DNA of 64,000 bases from Candidatus Poseidoniaceae archaeon (GCA_949372655.1 CASIAI010000002.1:295184-359183); one strand, 5' to 3'; positions 19,374 through 30,123 are shown, counted from the stretch's first letter. Made by a program: numbers and translations. Notes: a model not told the origin generated them from the sequence alone.

Positions 19374-20744
19374 ATGGTAGACCAGTTACCGAATCGAGGA
19401 TTAGAATTAGAAATGCTTCAAGAAATGGGTATGTCAAGTATCGATGATTTATTCGATGATATTCCAGTTGGAGTACGTATGAATGAACCGTTGCCACTAC
19501 CACCACCTCAATCTGAGGAAGAAATCATTGCAGACGCTAGGAGATTATTAGGTGCTAATTTGGCTATGAGCGAGGTTGTATCTTTCTTGGGTGCAGGGCT
19601 ATATCGAAACTACGTTCCAGCATCTGTATTTCAATTGATTACTCGTGGAGAGTTTTTGACTTCTTACACTCCATATCAACCAGAAGTCAGTCAAGGAATG
19701 CTTCAAGCAATGTGGGAATTTCAAACTCTAATTTCGGAACTAGTAGGATTACCAATTTCTAATTTATCATTATATGATGGCTCAACTGCTGCTGCTGAAG
19801 CACTGACATGTGCGGTTCGTGTACACAATAGAAAAGCAGAGCAGAAAGATACGGTTTATGTTTCTGAACTAACCCCGCCTGACAAAATTTCTGTAATGAA
19901 AAATTATTGTCAAGGTGCGGGAATAACAATCAAATTCATCAAACATAATTCTGATGGAAGTATCGACCTATCCAGTGCCCAACAAGCCGCAGGTTCATGT
20001 GGAGTCTATGTTGAGCAACCTAATCCTCTAGGTTTACTAGATGGTGGATATCCACAACTCAAGGAAATAATTGGAGATAAAACTGCATTAATCGTCGGAA
20101 TCCAACCAATCTCTCTAGGATTGGTTGAGGCACCAGGGCATTATGGTGCAGATATTGTAGTTGGAGAAGGCCAGCCACTTGGTAGCCCAATAACTGCTGG
20201 TGGTCCAATCTATGGGATTTTTGCTTGCTCCAAAACTTACCTAAGATTGATGCCAGGAAGGATTGCTGGGAAAAGTATAGATGTCGACGGTCAAGAAGCA
20301 TACTGTTTGACTCTTTCAACTCGAGAACAACATATTCGTCGTCACCGTGCAACTTCTAATATTTGTACAAATGAAACATTGATCGCACTCATGGGGGCAA
20401 TGCACATGTCTTTACTTGGGCCTGAAGGACTCAACCATCTGGCACTGCGAAATATTACCGCCTGTAACTTAGCCAAACAAAAGTTATCAGAAATAAATAC
20501 CATCGCACTACCGCACTTACAAGGAACCCACTTCAACGAGTTCATTGTTGAATTACCGTCTTCAGCCGCCGACTGTCTAGATTATCTAGACGGAATTGGA
20601 ATCATTGGTGGATTTGATGCAAGTCGTTGGTATCCGGAACGTAAGAATTGGTTACTAGTTACAGTAACTGACCAAACTTCTGCCAAGGAGATTGAATTGT
20701 TAGCTGCTCACATAGCGGCATGGTCTGTGGGGGTGAGTGCATGA
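19374..20744 (+). CDS. gcvPA: glycine dehydrogenase (decarboxylating) subunit 1
   Basis: 456 aa. YTPYQPEVSQGMLQAMWEFQT. Followed by subunit 2 with an ATGA start/stop overlap. Confidence 0.92.
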   Translation: MVDQLPNRGLELEMLQEMGMSSIDDLFDDIPVGVRMNEPLPLPPPQSEEEIIADARRLLGANLAMSEVVSFLGAGLYRNYVPASVFQLITRGEFLTSYTPYQPEVSQGMLQAMWEFQTLISELVGLPISNLSLYDGSTAAAEALTCAVRVHNRKAEQKDTVYVSELTPPDKISVMKNYCQGAGITIKFIKHNSDGSIDLSSAQQAAGSCGVYVEQPNPLGLLDGGYPQLKEIIGDKTALIVGIQPISLGLVEAPGHYGADIVVGEGQPLGSPITAGGPIYGIFACSKTYLRLMPGRIAGKSIDVDGQEAYCLTLSTREQHIRRHRATSNICTNETLIALMGAMHMSLLGPEGLNHLALRNITACNLAKQKLSEINTIALPHLQGTHFNEFIVELPSSAADCLDYLDGIGIIGGFDASRWYPERKNWLLVTVTDQTSAKEIELLAAHIAAWSVGVSA

Positions 20745-22237
20745 GTCGATTGTTTGACTTTGCTGGTGGCGTAGGAATGGGATATTCCCAACCTGATACT
20801 CTCATGCCCAAAGAATCAGTATCACTTCCTGCGAGTTTGATTCGTAAAGAATTACCTAGATGGCCAAGACTTTCCGAACCAGAGATGGTAAGACACTATA
20901 CTTGGCTATCACGTAGAAACTTTGGAATTGATACAGGTTTCTACCCCTTGGGTTCTTGCACAATGAAGCATAACCCAAGAGTAAACGAAGTTATCGCTCA
21001 AATACCAGGTATTGCTCAGATTCATCCTCATCAACCAGAACATCACCTCCAAGGACTTCTCTCAATATTCCATGAGATGCAACATATGTTGGAGATCTGT
21101 TCGGGAATGGACCAAGTTACACTTCAACCGGTTGCAGGTGCTCAAGGAGAGTTCACTGCAGTTAGATGTGTACAGGAATATTTTAGGAAACGTGGAGAAG
21201 ATCAGCGTACAAAAGTGATAGTTCCTGATTCAGCTCACGGAACAAACCCAGCAAGTGCGGCTATGGCCGGATTTGAGATTGTTGAAATCCCAAGTTTAGA
21301 GGATGGCAGAATAGATATTGATGCACTTCGGGCAGTTGTCGATGATACCGTTGCATTAATGATGGTCACCAATCCTAACACACTTGGATTATTTGAAAAT
21401 GATATATCTCAAGCCTCGGAAATAATCCACTCGGTAGGTGGTCAAATGTATTATGATGGAGCAAACTTCAATGCGATTCTTGGAAGAACCTCACCTGGTT
21501 TAATGGGCTTTGATGCCGTTCACTTCAATTTGCATAAAACATTCAGTCAGCCGCATGGAGGCGGAGGTCCAGGTTCTGGTCCAATAGGTGTAAAGTCTCA
21601 TCTCGCTGAATTTTTACCAGGACCAATTGTCAAGAAGAGACCTATTGCAAGTGGTCATGAGAATTTTGCAGTTGATGATATGTGGTATGGTTGGTACCAA
21701 CCTGCCAATAGTATTGGTAAAGTTCAACAATGGCATGGTAACTCTGGAGCAGTGATACGTTGCTGGGCATATTACAGACGTTATGGATATGGCCTTAAAG
21801 ACATGTCTGAGCATGCTGTTTTGAATGCAAATTATTTACGTCATGCATTACATAGAGAGGCACAAAAAGCCGGTGTTACCGATATGTTTGTCGATGGTGC
21901 AACCACCAAGGTTGCTAAGCACGAATTCACACTTTCACTATTACCTGCTAAGGAGAAGTATGGTATTTCAGCAATGGATGTAGCGAAGGGTCTTCTTGAT
22001 AAAGGCTACATGGCTCCTACCGTTTACTTCCCACTGGTAGTTCCTGAATGTATGATGTTTGAACCAACCGAAACAGAGAGTCGCGATACCCTCGATAAAT
22101 TTGCTAAAGAATTCATTGAAGTTCTTCAACAAGATGCAGAAATACTCCATGAAGCACCTATCACGACTCCCGTCCGTAGAGTTGATGAAGTGTATGCTGC
22201 AAGAAATCTATGCCTACGTCATCCATTTGACGAGTAG
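20741..22237 (+). CDS. gcvPB: glycine dehydrogenase (decarboxylating) subunit 2
   Basis: GSCTMKHNP, and PLP-lysine NLHKTFSQPHGGGGPG. The ORF is open from 20720, but ATG at 20741 overlaps the gcvPA TGA stop and is the likelier start. Confidence 0.92.
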   Translation: MSRLFDFAGGVGMGYSQPDTLMPKESVSLPASLIRKELPRWPRLSEPEMVRHYTWLSRRNFGIDTGFYPLGSCTMKHNPRVNEVIAQIPGIAQIHPHQPEHHLQGLLSIFHEMQHMLEICSGMDQVTLQPVAGAQGEFTAVRCVQEYFRKRGEDQRTKVIVPDSAHGTNPASAAMAGFEIVEIPSLEDGRIDIDALRAVVDDTVALMMVTNPNTLGLFENDISQASEIIHSVGGQMYYDGANFNAILGRTSPGLMGFDAVHFNLHKTFSQPHGGGGPGSGPIGVKSHLAEFLPGPIVKKRPIASGHENFAVDDMWYGWYQPANSIGKVQQWHGNSGAVIRCWAYYRRYGYGLKDMSEHAVLNANYLRHALHREAQKAGVTDMFVDGATTKVAKHEFTLSLLPAKEKYGISAMDVAKGLLDKGYMAPTVYFPLVVPECMMFEPTETESRDTLDKFAKEFIEVLQQDAEILHEAPITTPVRRVDEVYAARNLCLRHPFDE

Positions 22238-22911
22238 TGATTAAGATGGTTAGGGCGAGAGACACATCTCCCGAATCATTTGGTTGGAATATAGTTGATT
22301 TAAAACCAAATCCAAAAGCAGTTTTATATCCTCTTTCGTGGGGAATTCTTCCAATTGTTTTTGCTCTGATAATGATGATTACACGGACAGGCGAAGAGTG
22401 GATTGCTTGGTCAGGGGCAATAGGAATAATCTTGTTTCTTATCGGTGGAGTTAGCGCAGTAGGGCCAAGACAAGGTGCGTTTAATTCAATTAGAATAGCA
22501 TCTGGATTCTTCTTCTGTATTCTTGCATTATTTGCATGGGTCTTGGTTGCGACCAATAATTTGATCGAGGTTTATGCAATGTTGAGTTCAATGTTGGCAT
22601 TACTAATGATTTACCGTTCATTAGATTTTATTTTCAAAGATATTGGATTAATTTATCAAATAAGTTGGGATGCTAAGAAACAAATGCCGACCTCCTCGAT
22701 GGAAGGCTGGGATATACGCTCGACTCGTTTTACTCAAAATACAATGGCTCTGAAGAGGTTTGACGGTGACCGGTTCGCTCAAATATATGGTTCAAGGACT
22801 ACAGAAGGCTTAGTTTTAAGATTGGATATTTTTGGAATCCATGAAGGAAATCGGTTTGATTTCCGCACTTTAGGCATAGATTTGAGTGATTTTACTAATG
22901 AAGATGAATAG
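22237..22911 (+). CDS. hypothetical integral membrane protein
   Basis: 224 aa. About 4 TM segments, then a soluble C-terminal domain. GTG at 22237 or ATG at 22246, directly after the gcvPB stop. No family recognised. Confidence 0.5.
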   Translation: MIKMVRARDTSPESFGWNIVDLKPNPKAVLYPLSWGILPIVFALIMMITRTGEEWIAWSGAIGIILFLIGGVSAVGPRQGAFNSIRIASGFFFCILALFAWVLVATNNLIEVYAMLSSMLALLMIYRSLDFIFKDIGLIYQISWDAKKQMPTSSMEGWDIRSTRFTQNTMALKRFDGDRFAQIYGSRTTEGLVLRLDIFGIHEGNRFDFRTLGIDLSDFTNEDE

Positions 22912-22946
22912 TCATCTTGAATAACCATACGCGACGGCGAGGTATC

Positions 22947-23426
22947 ATGGAAGTAACGATTCTGTTGGGTTCATCCTCAGACATGCCAATTGCCGAGAAA
23001 TGTACAAAAATTCTAGACCAGTTTTCAGTAAACTATCAGTTAAGAGTTGCTAGTGCTCATCGCTCACCCAAATTTGTTGAACAAATAATACATGATGCAG
23101 AAGCGGATGGATGTCAAATATTCATCGCTATGGCAGGTCTTGCAGCAGCACTTCCTGGTGCGGTGGCAGCACTTACTACTAAACCAGTAATCGGAGTTCC
23201 ATGCGGTGGTAAAGTTCCTTTTGACTCTCTCTTGTCTATTGTTCAATTACCACCTGGAGTTCCAGCAGCAACCGTTGGAGTAGACCGTGGTGATAATGCA
23301 GGATACTTAGCAGTTCAAATTTTGGCTTTGAAAAATCAAGCTCATGCTGATTCACTAAAGCAAAACAAACTCGACCAAGTTGAGAGAGTAAAAGCCCAAG
23401 ACCGAGAGGTTAATGGGGGCGTTTGA
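22947..23426 (+). CDS. purE: N5-carboxyaminoimidazole ribonucleotide mutase
   Basis: MEVTILLGSSSDMPIAEK..., ASAHRSP, MAGLAAALPG. The ORF is open from 22917. The Met at 22947 matches the usual PurE N-terminus. Confidence 0.9.
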   Translation: MEVTILLGSSSDMPIAEKCTKILDQFSVNYQLRVASAHRSPKFVEQIIHDAEADGCQIFIAMAGLAAALPGAVAALTTKPVIGVPCGGKVPFDSLLSIVQLPPGVPAATVGVDRGDNAGYLAVQILALKNQAHADSLKQNKLDQVERVKAQDREVNGGV

Positions 23427-24377
23427 ATGTTTGATACCGATGAGTTCATTCAAGAATCCATCAAGTCACTCCAAGAAACGATAGATGATATTGCCATAAT
23501 TGCTTGTTCTGGTGGTGTCGATTCAACTGTTGCTGCAGTTATAGCAAATCAAGCGGTAGGAGATTTACTTCACTGCGTTTATGTTGATACTGGATTCATG
23601 CGTAAGGACGAAACCGAGCAAATCGAAGCATTACTTGCTGAACAAGGAATAAAGAATTTAGTCACTGTAAAAGCCGCTGACCGTTACTTTGAGGCTCTAA
23701 AAGGAGTCACTGAACCTGAACATAAGCGTAAGGTAATAGGAGAACTATTCATTAGAATCTTCGAAGATGAGCAGAAGAAATGTGGTGCTAAATATTTAGT
23801 TCAAGGAACCATTGCTCCTGATTGGATTGAATCAGGTGGCGGTGTTCGTGATACTATCAAATCTCACCATAATGTCGGTGGACTTCCCGAAGATATGACA
23901 TTAGAGGTAGTTGAACCACTGCGTGACTTATACAAAGATGAAGTTAGAGACTTGGCAAGAGAATTGAAAATCAATGTGGCAGAAAGGCAACCATTCCCAG
24001 GACCCGGGCTAGCAGTTAGAACGCTTGGTGACTTAACACCAGAGCGTGTAGCAGTAGTTCGTGAGGCTTGCGCAATTGTTGAAGAAGAATTTGAAACCGC
24101 TGCAGAACAAGGCCTTATGGAATTACCATGGCAATATTTTGCAGCATTACTGCCGGTTCGAAGTGTAGGTGTCCATGGTGATGTTCGTGTTTATGGTGAA
24201 ACTATTGTAGTTCGTGCAGTTCAATCTATGGACGGTATGTCTGCAAGATACTCAGAGATACCTCATGCTATTCTTCAAAAAATTAGTACTAGAATTACTA
24301 ATACAGTCAAAGGTGCAGCCAATAGGGTGGTTTACGATATTACTCACAAACCACCTGGTACCATTGAGTGGGAATGA
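23427..24377 (+). CDS. guaA: GMP synthase (glutamine-hydrolysing) subunit B, ATP-pyrophosphatase
   Basis: 316 aa. PP-loop SGGVDSTV, and a C-terminal dimerisation domain ending KPPGTIEWE. The stand-alone subunit B form is typical of archaea. Confidence 0.93.
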   Translation: MFDTDEFIQESIKSLQETIDDIAIIACSGGVDSTVAAVIANQAVGDLLHCVYVDTGFMRKDETEQIEALLAEQGIKNLVTVKAADRYFEALKGVTEPEHKRKVIGELFIRIFEDEQKKCGAKYLVQGTIAPDWIESGGGVRDTIKSHHNVGGLPEDMTLEVVEPLRDLYKDEVRDLARELKINVAERQPFPGPGLAVRTLGDLTPERVAVVREACAIVEEEFETAAEQGLMELPWQYFAALLPVRSVGVHGDVRVYGETIVVRAVQSMDGMSARYSEIPHAILQKISTRITNTVKGAANRVVYDITHKPPGTIEWE

Positions 24378-24512
24378 TTCCGAACTAATCGAATTGATTT
24401 TAGTTTAATCACTTCATCTTTGCTTCAAGATGAACTCATCTTTAGAGTCCTAGTTTTCACTAAGTAAATACTATCAAGCAAAGTTATTCACTGATATTGC
24501 TAATTTATTATT

Positions 24513-26933
24513 TCAATAAATTCTAACTTCAGTTTCAATCAATGGCATACCTTGATCATCTATTTCGACAATCATTAATCCAACAATTACTGGATTACTT
24601 GTGGCATCAATTACTGCTTTCATGATTAACTTACCGTTAATGATTGCCATAGGAGCCATTCCTCCGTAATCTGTGGTAGTTAAATCTAGGAAACATTGAG
24701 TTGTAGCAGCAGTTCCAGTAGTAGTCCAAATTTCAGAACCAGTTGTAGTGCTTTCTCCAATGAATAATAATCCATTTCCATACACCAATGGTGCTACAGT
24801 GCCGGGTACTCCGTTTTGACTTCCACTTGAAATATCGATTATCATTGCTGTAGTTATGCCACCTGTTGAAGTATAACTCACTTTATACAATTCTTTACCA
24901 GTATTCGCATCTTGGGCAGTGAAATAGACTTCTCCAGCAGATATTACAAATTGGCTTGGATTACTTCCAGTTGAACCGGAATAGATATCTTGAACAATTG
25001 CAGTTCCCGATGTTGTTCCATCAGTTGAATGTAATTCATATCCTGAACCAGAATCTGCTGAAAATAATAAGTAATTATTGTGAGAGATACTTGTTCCCGC
25101 TTCTGTATTAAACTTAGGTGCTGAACCATACGTAGCAATATAATCAACGTTTTGATTAGAGTCAATCTTGTATAATTCATGCACAGAACCCGTGTTTCCA
25201 CTGAAATAAACTTCCCCATTCAAGATTGGTAATGTGAATGCACTGGCATCCACGCCATTAGTGAAAGTTTTTGCAACTGGAGTACAGTAATTCATTGGGC
25301 GATCTGAGTCTGAAAATAATTTCATTAAACCAACACCACTTGCCTTTGCTATAAAAGTCAAAGTGCCATTGTGGGATGTTATTCCTCGAGGAGATTGGTA
25401 AAAATTATCTCTATCAGTATTTCCAACATCATCATAACATGAAGATGAAGTATAACCGTCAAAATTCATGGTAAATAATGTGTTGATACTATCAACAGTG
25501 GCTTGTAAATATATCATGCCCTTATGCAGTGTCAGTTGATTAGGATTAGAACCTTGATTACCCGGGTTTATATCATTCCACAAATATGTTCCATCAGAAG
25601 TTCCATCTGATATCCATAATTCAGTGCCGTGAATTCCATCATCTGCGGTGAACATTATTTTTCCATCATACTTGAGAGCTTTCTTTTCGACGAAGTCCAA
25701 GTTTAAACCACTACTTTGAGTTCCGGTTCGAATATCTTTAACCATCCAAGTCCCGGCAGTAGTTCCATCAGTTCTCCATAATTCATTACCATGAATGCCG
25801 TCATTGCCGACAAATAATGTGATTCCATTGTAGAGTACACCTTGTCCTGAAGGTATGACTGGGAGTGAAACCATAGAATATTTCTGGCACATTTCAACAG
25901 TATACGAAATTTCATTACCTGTTAAAGTTCCATCACCGTCGGCATCTATACCGTGTTCGTAAGCCATACTTGATGATAGGCAATCAGTCGATAGAGTTCC
26001 AGATTGAATCATTATTGATTCACCATTAATGCCAGGAGCGCCAGCAGCACCAGCAGCTCCTTGGGTACCTTGGATACCAGTATCTCCTTTATCTCCAGTA
26101 GCGCCATCGTCCTTTAGTCCTTGCACCAGTAGCGCCAGCCATAGCCCTGACCAGCAGGTCCTTGGGCACCATCAGCGCCTGGAGAGCCAGTAGGTCCATT
26201 GAGCACCATCCGCACCTGGCGAGCCAGCAGGTCCTTGAGCACCATCAGCACCTGGAGAGCCAGCAGGTCCTTGAGCACCATCAGCGCCATCTTGTCCATT
26301 AGTTCCGTCTGCACCATCAGCACCTGGAGAGCCAGTAGCACCATTACAGATATCTAATGTAAGAATAACTTCAGTAAGGTCTAACACACCGTCGCCGTTA
26401 GTATCATCACCAATTTCAAATGTATTGCCTCCAGTAGTACAAGATGTACTAGAAAGGACTCTGATCAATGTGGAAACACCATCTTGGCCATCAGCACCGT
26501 TCATACCATCTGTACCAGCAACGCCAGTAGCACCATCTTGTCCATTAGTTCCGTCTGCACCATCAGCGCCAGTAGCACCATCAGTTCCAGTAGCACCATC
26601 AGTTCCGTTTATGCCATCAGCACCAGAAGTTCCATCTTGTCCATCAGTTCCGTTCATGCCATCAGCACCATCAGCGCCTTGAATTGCAATTACTTCCCAA
26701 CCTGCAGTTTTACAAACTTGGAATTCTTCAGTAGATTCGATATAGTATAGTCTTCCGTTTGTTACCTCGTCGCATACTGGCAAATCAGAAGCAGTTGCAA
26801 CAAAGTGAACATTCCAATCAGAAAGTTGTGATTCGTTTCCTTCAGGAGAGGTTTCATCTCCTCCATCTACGCATCCAGCAATGGGTGCGCTTATCATTAG
26901 TAGGCAAAAAAGCATAGCAATCTTTCTGTTCAT
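24513..26933 (-). pseudogene. collagen-like (Gly-X-Y) / ELWxxDGT-repeat secreted lipoprotein, reading frame interrupted at least twice (pseudogene or assembly error)
   Basis: Three successive minus-strand ORFs in different frames (26172..26933, 26114..26344, 24513..26126) all carry Gly-X-Y tracts. The N-terminus has a signal peptide with Cys (PIAGC). The C-terminal 450 aa contain reiterated ELWRTDGT / ELWISDGT / ELHSTDGT / EIWTTTGT motifs. Confidence 0.7.
26158..26300. repeat. 36-nt tandem repeat (encodes GSPGADGAQGPA) containing the first frameshift
   Basis: Units at 26158-26193 (36 nt), 26194-26230 (37 nt), 26231-26266 (36 nt) and 26267 onward. The second unit reads gtccAttgagc against gtccttgagc in its neighbours, an extra base at about 26198. 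Confidence 0.85.
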
Positions 26934-27073
26934 AACATTGCCAGAAACATCTATTGTTTAACCTTTTATAAGTGTAAATCCTAAGCAATTGCTAATTTTC
27001 TTTCAATAAGAATTAAGATGATGTGTGAACTGATTAAGCAAGGTATCAAAACCATTCACTAAATCCCAACACC

Positions 27074-29740
27074 ATGGCAAGGAAGCGAACCAGTCTATTT
27101 ATCCTCAGTATCTTGATGTTTTCTTTGGTTTCCAATGTACAAGCATCTGAAGAATCTAATATTGTAAATCAGTTTGGTACAGGGTTTGAGGAAGTAGTAA
27201 TCGTAGACTCATCCGATGGTCTAAATGACCCAAGGGACCTGGAATTCCATCCTGGTCGTACCGATGAACTATGGATTGCTAATAGAGGGGATGATAGTAT
27301 GACTATTGTCCATGATACCGGTCTTTCTACTCAAAATGCTGAAACAAGAGAAGATTCAAACAGTAATCATTTCCTTGAGGAAGTCAGTGCTATCGCCTTC
27401 GGCTCATATGATTCTGAATTTGATTGGCAATGGGGTTCAGCTCAGGAAACCCAGAATACTTACTGTGGACTTGGCTCTCCTAATCAGTTCATGGGACCAA
27501 CATTGTGGCCATCATCACTAAACCATTATGCTGTAGAGAATCAAAATAATGGAAATGGCTTACTTGGTAGCCATATCGATATGAATCATGAATCACCAGA
27601 TGGAATGGGAATTGCCCACGATAGCGGTAATGCCTACTGGTACTTTGATGGCTACTATGGGGAATTGGTTTACTATGATTTCCAAGAAGATCATGACACT
27701 GGTCAAGACGACCATTCAGATGGAATTGTTCATCGTTACTCCGATATTCAATTGACAAGAGATGGAGGTATTCCAGGACATATGATCTTAGACAAGGACT
27801 CTGGAATCCTTTACATTGCCGATACTGGTGCTAATCGAGTATTATGGGTAAACACAGATGATACTTCTGTAAATACAATAGATATCATGAACGACCCATC
27901 AAGGTTAGAACCTCTAGCTCAATACAAACGAAAGACTGGTATGGAATGGGGTATTCTTGATAGCGGTCTTAGTGCACCTTCGGGAATTGCATTAGATGGA
28001 GATACTCTTTTCGTTTCACAAAACGGTAATGGGAAAATAACTGCTTATGATTTATCAGATAACGGTAAAAGCGGAGAAGAAATAGATACAATTCAAACCT
28101 CTGCTTATTTCATAATGGGTCTAGAAATTGGTCCAGATGGTCACCTATACTTCGTAGATAATGGGAAAGACCAAGTTGTTAGAATTGACCCTTATTTTGA
28201 TGTAGATGCTGATGGTGTTCTAGACGATGCTGATAATTGTCCATTCATAGCCAATGCTCAACAAGGAAATTATGATGGTGACTCATTTGGTGATGCTTGT
28301 GACCAAGATGATGATAATGATGGTGTTGAAGATGATTCAGACCTGTGTATGGCAGGTAAGAAGGATTGGGTCTCAGCAGCCTTTAATGATCATGATATGG
28401 ATGGTTGTCATGATACGATAGAAGACCTTGATGACGATAATGATGGACTTACCGATACAGATGATTCTTGTCCAATGGGTGAAATCGACTGGACTTCTGG
28501 AACTCAAACTGATTATGACCGTGATGGTTGTAGAGACCTTGGTGAAGACTTGGATGATGATGATGATATGATTTGTGATGGCGCTACTGAAGATTTATTC
28601 TGCGTAGTTGCAGATACTCAAACCGACACATGTCCAACAAGCCGACTAGTATTTACCTCAACTGCCTTGACAGATATCGACCGAGACGGTTGTGAAGACT
28701 TAGGAGAGGATTTAGATGATGACAATGATGGTTTCCTAGATGTTGATGATTACTGTCCGACTATTGTTGGTGACAGTGTAGGTACGGCAAAGGGTTGTAT
28801 TGACACTGATGGTGATGATTATGCAGATGTAATCGATGATTTCCCACTAGAGCCAACCCAATGGTATGATTCGGATAGTGATGGTTATGGTGATTTGATT
28901 CAAGGTTTTGAAGGGGACTTCTGTGTCAATGTAGCGGGAACTTCTACTCAAGACCGTATGGGATGTGTAGACTCAGATGGTGATGGATGGTCAGATGCTG
29001 ATACCTATTGGAGAATAAGTTCGGGTGCAGATTCATTCCCCGATGATCCAACTCAACATGCTGATGCTGATTATGACGGCTATGGTGATGAAGAAACCGG
29101 TTTCCAGCCTGATGGTTGTACAGATGAATATGGTACTTCGACTCTTGATATGTTTGGATGTAAAGATTCTGATGGTGATGGATGGTCAGATATTAACGAT
29201 TCTTTCCCTGAAGATGAGTCACAATACTCTGACAGAGATGCTGATGGCTTTGGAGATGCAATCGATGGCAACTTCCCTGACTCATGCCCCGATACTTTTG
29301 GTAATTCGACTAAGCAGCGCTTCGGGTGCTTAGATACAGATGGTGATGGTTGGGATGACTCCCTAGATAAATTCCCTTCAGATACAACCGAATGGATAGA
29401 TACAGATGATGATGGAGTTGGAGATAATTCAGATGCTTATCCTTTGGATGCAACACTCTCAGAGGTAGAGGATGATTCTTCATCATTAGCCATAGTCGGT
29501 ATTTTGGCATTTGTTGTAATTACAATAGCAGTTATAGGAATACTCTTTACAAGACGTAATAAAACTAAGATTCCTTTAGGCCATTCTGAATTCTTACCGG
29601 TCATGACAAATATTGACTCATTTCCAGTTACGGCCCCAGTTTCTACAATTCATCCACCGTTACCACCTGAAGGACTTCCACCAGGTTGGTCTCTAGAACA
29701 GTGGGCTTGGTATGGTGAAGATTACCTACGCAATAGGTAA
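27074..29740 (+). CDS. secreted, C-terminally anchored protein: NHL-like beta-propeller plus Cys-containing TSP3-like calcium-binding repeats
   Basis: 888 aa. Signal peptide. Propeller-like blades (DPRDLEFHPG..ELWIANRG, SAPSGIALDGDTLFVSQNG, GLEIGPDGHLYFVDNG). Many D-x-D-x-DG-C/W-x-D units. TM LAIVGILAFVVITIAVIGILF, then a cytoplasmic tail. Confidence 0.8.
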   Translation: MARKRTSLFILSILMFSLVSNVQASEESNIVNQFGTGFEEVVIVDSSDGLNDPRDLEFHPGRTDELWIANRGDDSMTIVHDTGLSTQNAETREDSNSNHFLEEVSAIAFGSYDSEFDWQWGSAQETQNTYCGLGSPNQFMGPTLWPSSLNHYAVENQNNGNGLLGSHIDMNHESPDGMGIAHDSGNAYWYFDGYYGELVYYDFQEDHDTGQDDHSDGIVHRYSDIQLTRDGGIPGHMILDKDSGILYIADTGANRVLWVNTDDTSVNTIDIMNDPSRLEPLAQYKRKTGMEWGILDSGLSAPSGIALDGDTLFVSQNGNGKITAYDLSDNGKSGEEIDTIQTSAYFIMGLEIGPDGHLYFVDNGKDQVVRIDPYFDVDADGVLDDADNCPFIANAQQGNYDGDSFGDACDQDDDNDGVEDDSDLCMAGKKDWVSAAFNDHDMDGCHDTIEDLDDDNDGLTDTDDSCPMGEIDWTSGTQTDYDRDGCRDLGEDLDDDDDMICDGATEDLFCVVADTQTDTCPTSRLVFTSTALTDIDRDGCEDLGEDLDDDNDGFLDVDDYCPTIVGDSVGTAKGCIDTDGDDYADVIDDFPLEPTQWYDSDSDGYGDLIQGFEGDFCVNVAGTSTQDRMGCVDSDGDGWSDADTYWRISSGADSFPDDPTQHADADYDGYGDEETGFQPDGCTDEYGTSTLDMFGCKDSDGDGWSDINDSFPEDESQYSDRDADGFGDAIDGNFPDSCPDTFGNSTKQRFGCLDTDGDGWDDSLDKFPSDTTEWIDTDDDGVGDNSDAYPLDATLSEVEDDSSSLAIVGILAFVVITIAVIGILFTRRNKTKIPLGHSEFLPVMTNIDSFPVTAPVSTIHPPLPPEGLPPGWSLEQWAWYGEDYLRNR

Positions 29741-30123
29741 TGATATCAATTTACCTTTTATAGTGAATTTGATTACCATAACTGATGAATAATTCTCTAA
29801 TGAGAATCTGCCGTTTTTGGTTATGCTTAGGAAGGTTGTATGATATTGCTATTTCGTTAATTCTTTCATCTTTAATTTCCCTAATTCTACAAGTATCATC
29901 AATATTAGAATTTGCTATAATTTTTATTATTTGTTGGCTTGTATTAGAATTATTCTGGTGGTCTGTCAGTGCGTTTAGTTTAGGATTAGTAAATAATAGA
30001 ACAATAAGCAAATATTTCCTCGGCGCTGATTTTAGGAAAAAATAGAATAATCTGATACCTTTGATAATGGCGCCGATTAAGTATTAATCCATCCCTATTT
30101 TTCATTCTTTTTTTACTCAATAA

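Noticed and set aside
22161-22556. 131-aa minus-strand ORF
   Set aside because: It is antisense to the gcvPB 3' end and to the downstream membrane-protein gene, which is in operon-like continuity with gcvPB. No motifs.
24413-24434. Hairpin ttcatctt-tgcttc-aagatgaa between the convergent guaA-B and collagen-like genes
   Set aside because: It is a short 8-bp stem in AT-rich DNA. Archaeal termination does not require hairpins. It is not distinguishable from chance.
26425-26750. Two plus-strand ORFs (85 and 88 aa) rich in Pro/Ser/Val
   Set aside because: They are the antisense reading of the Gly-X-Y collagen repeats (GGN complements), so the open frames are a compositional artefact.
29751-30045. 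Two overlapping 86-aa ORFs on opposite strands in the AT-rich spacer next to the distal att-like repeat. They were considered as split SSV-type integrase fragments or as a small membrane protein.
   Set aside because: There is no integrase-like sequence. In such AT-rich DNA, long stop-free frames arise easily. The plus-strand ORF is hydrophobic and could be real, but there is no supporting evidence.
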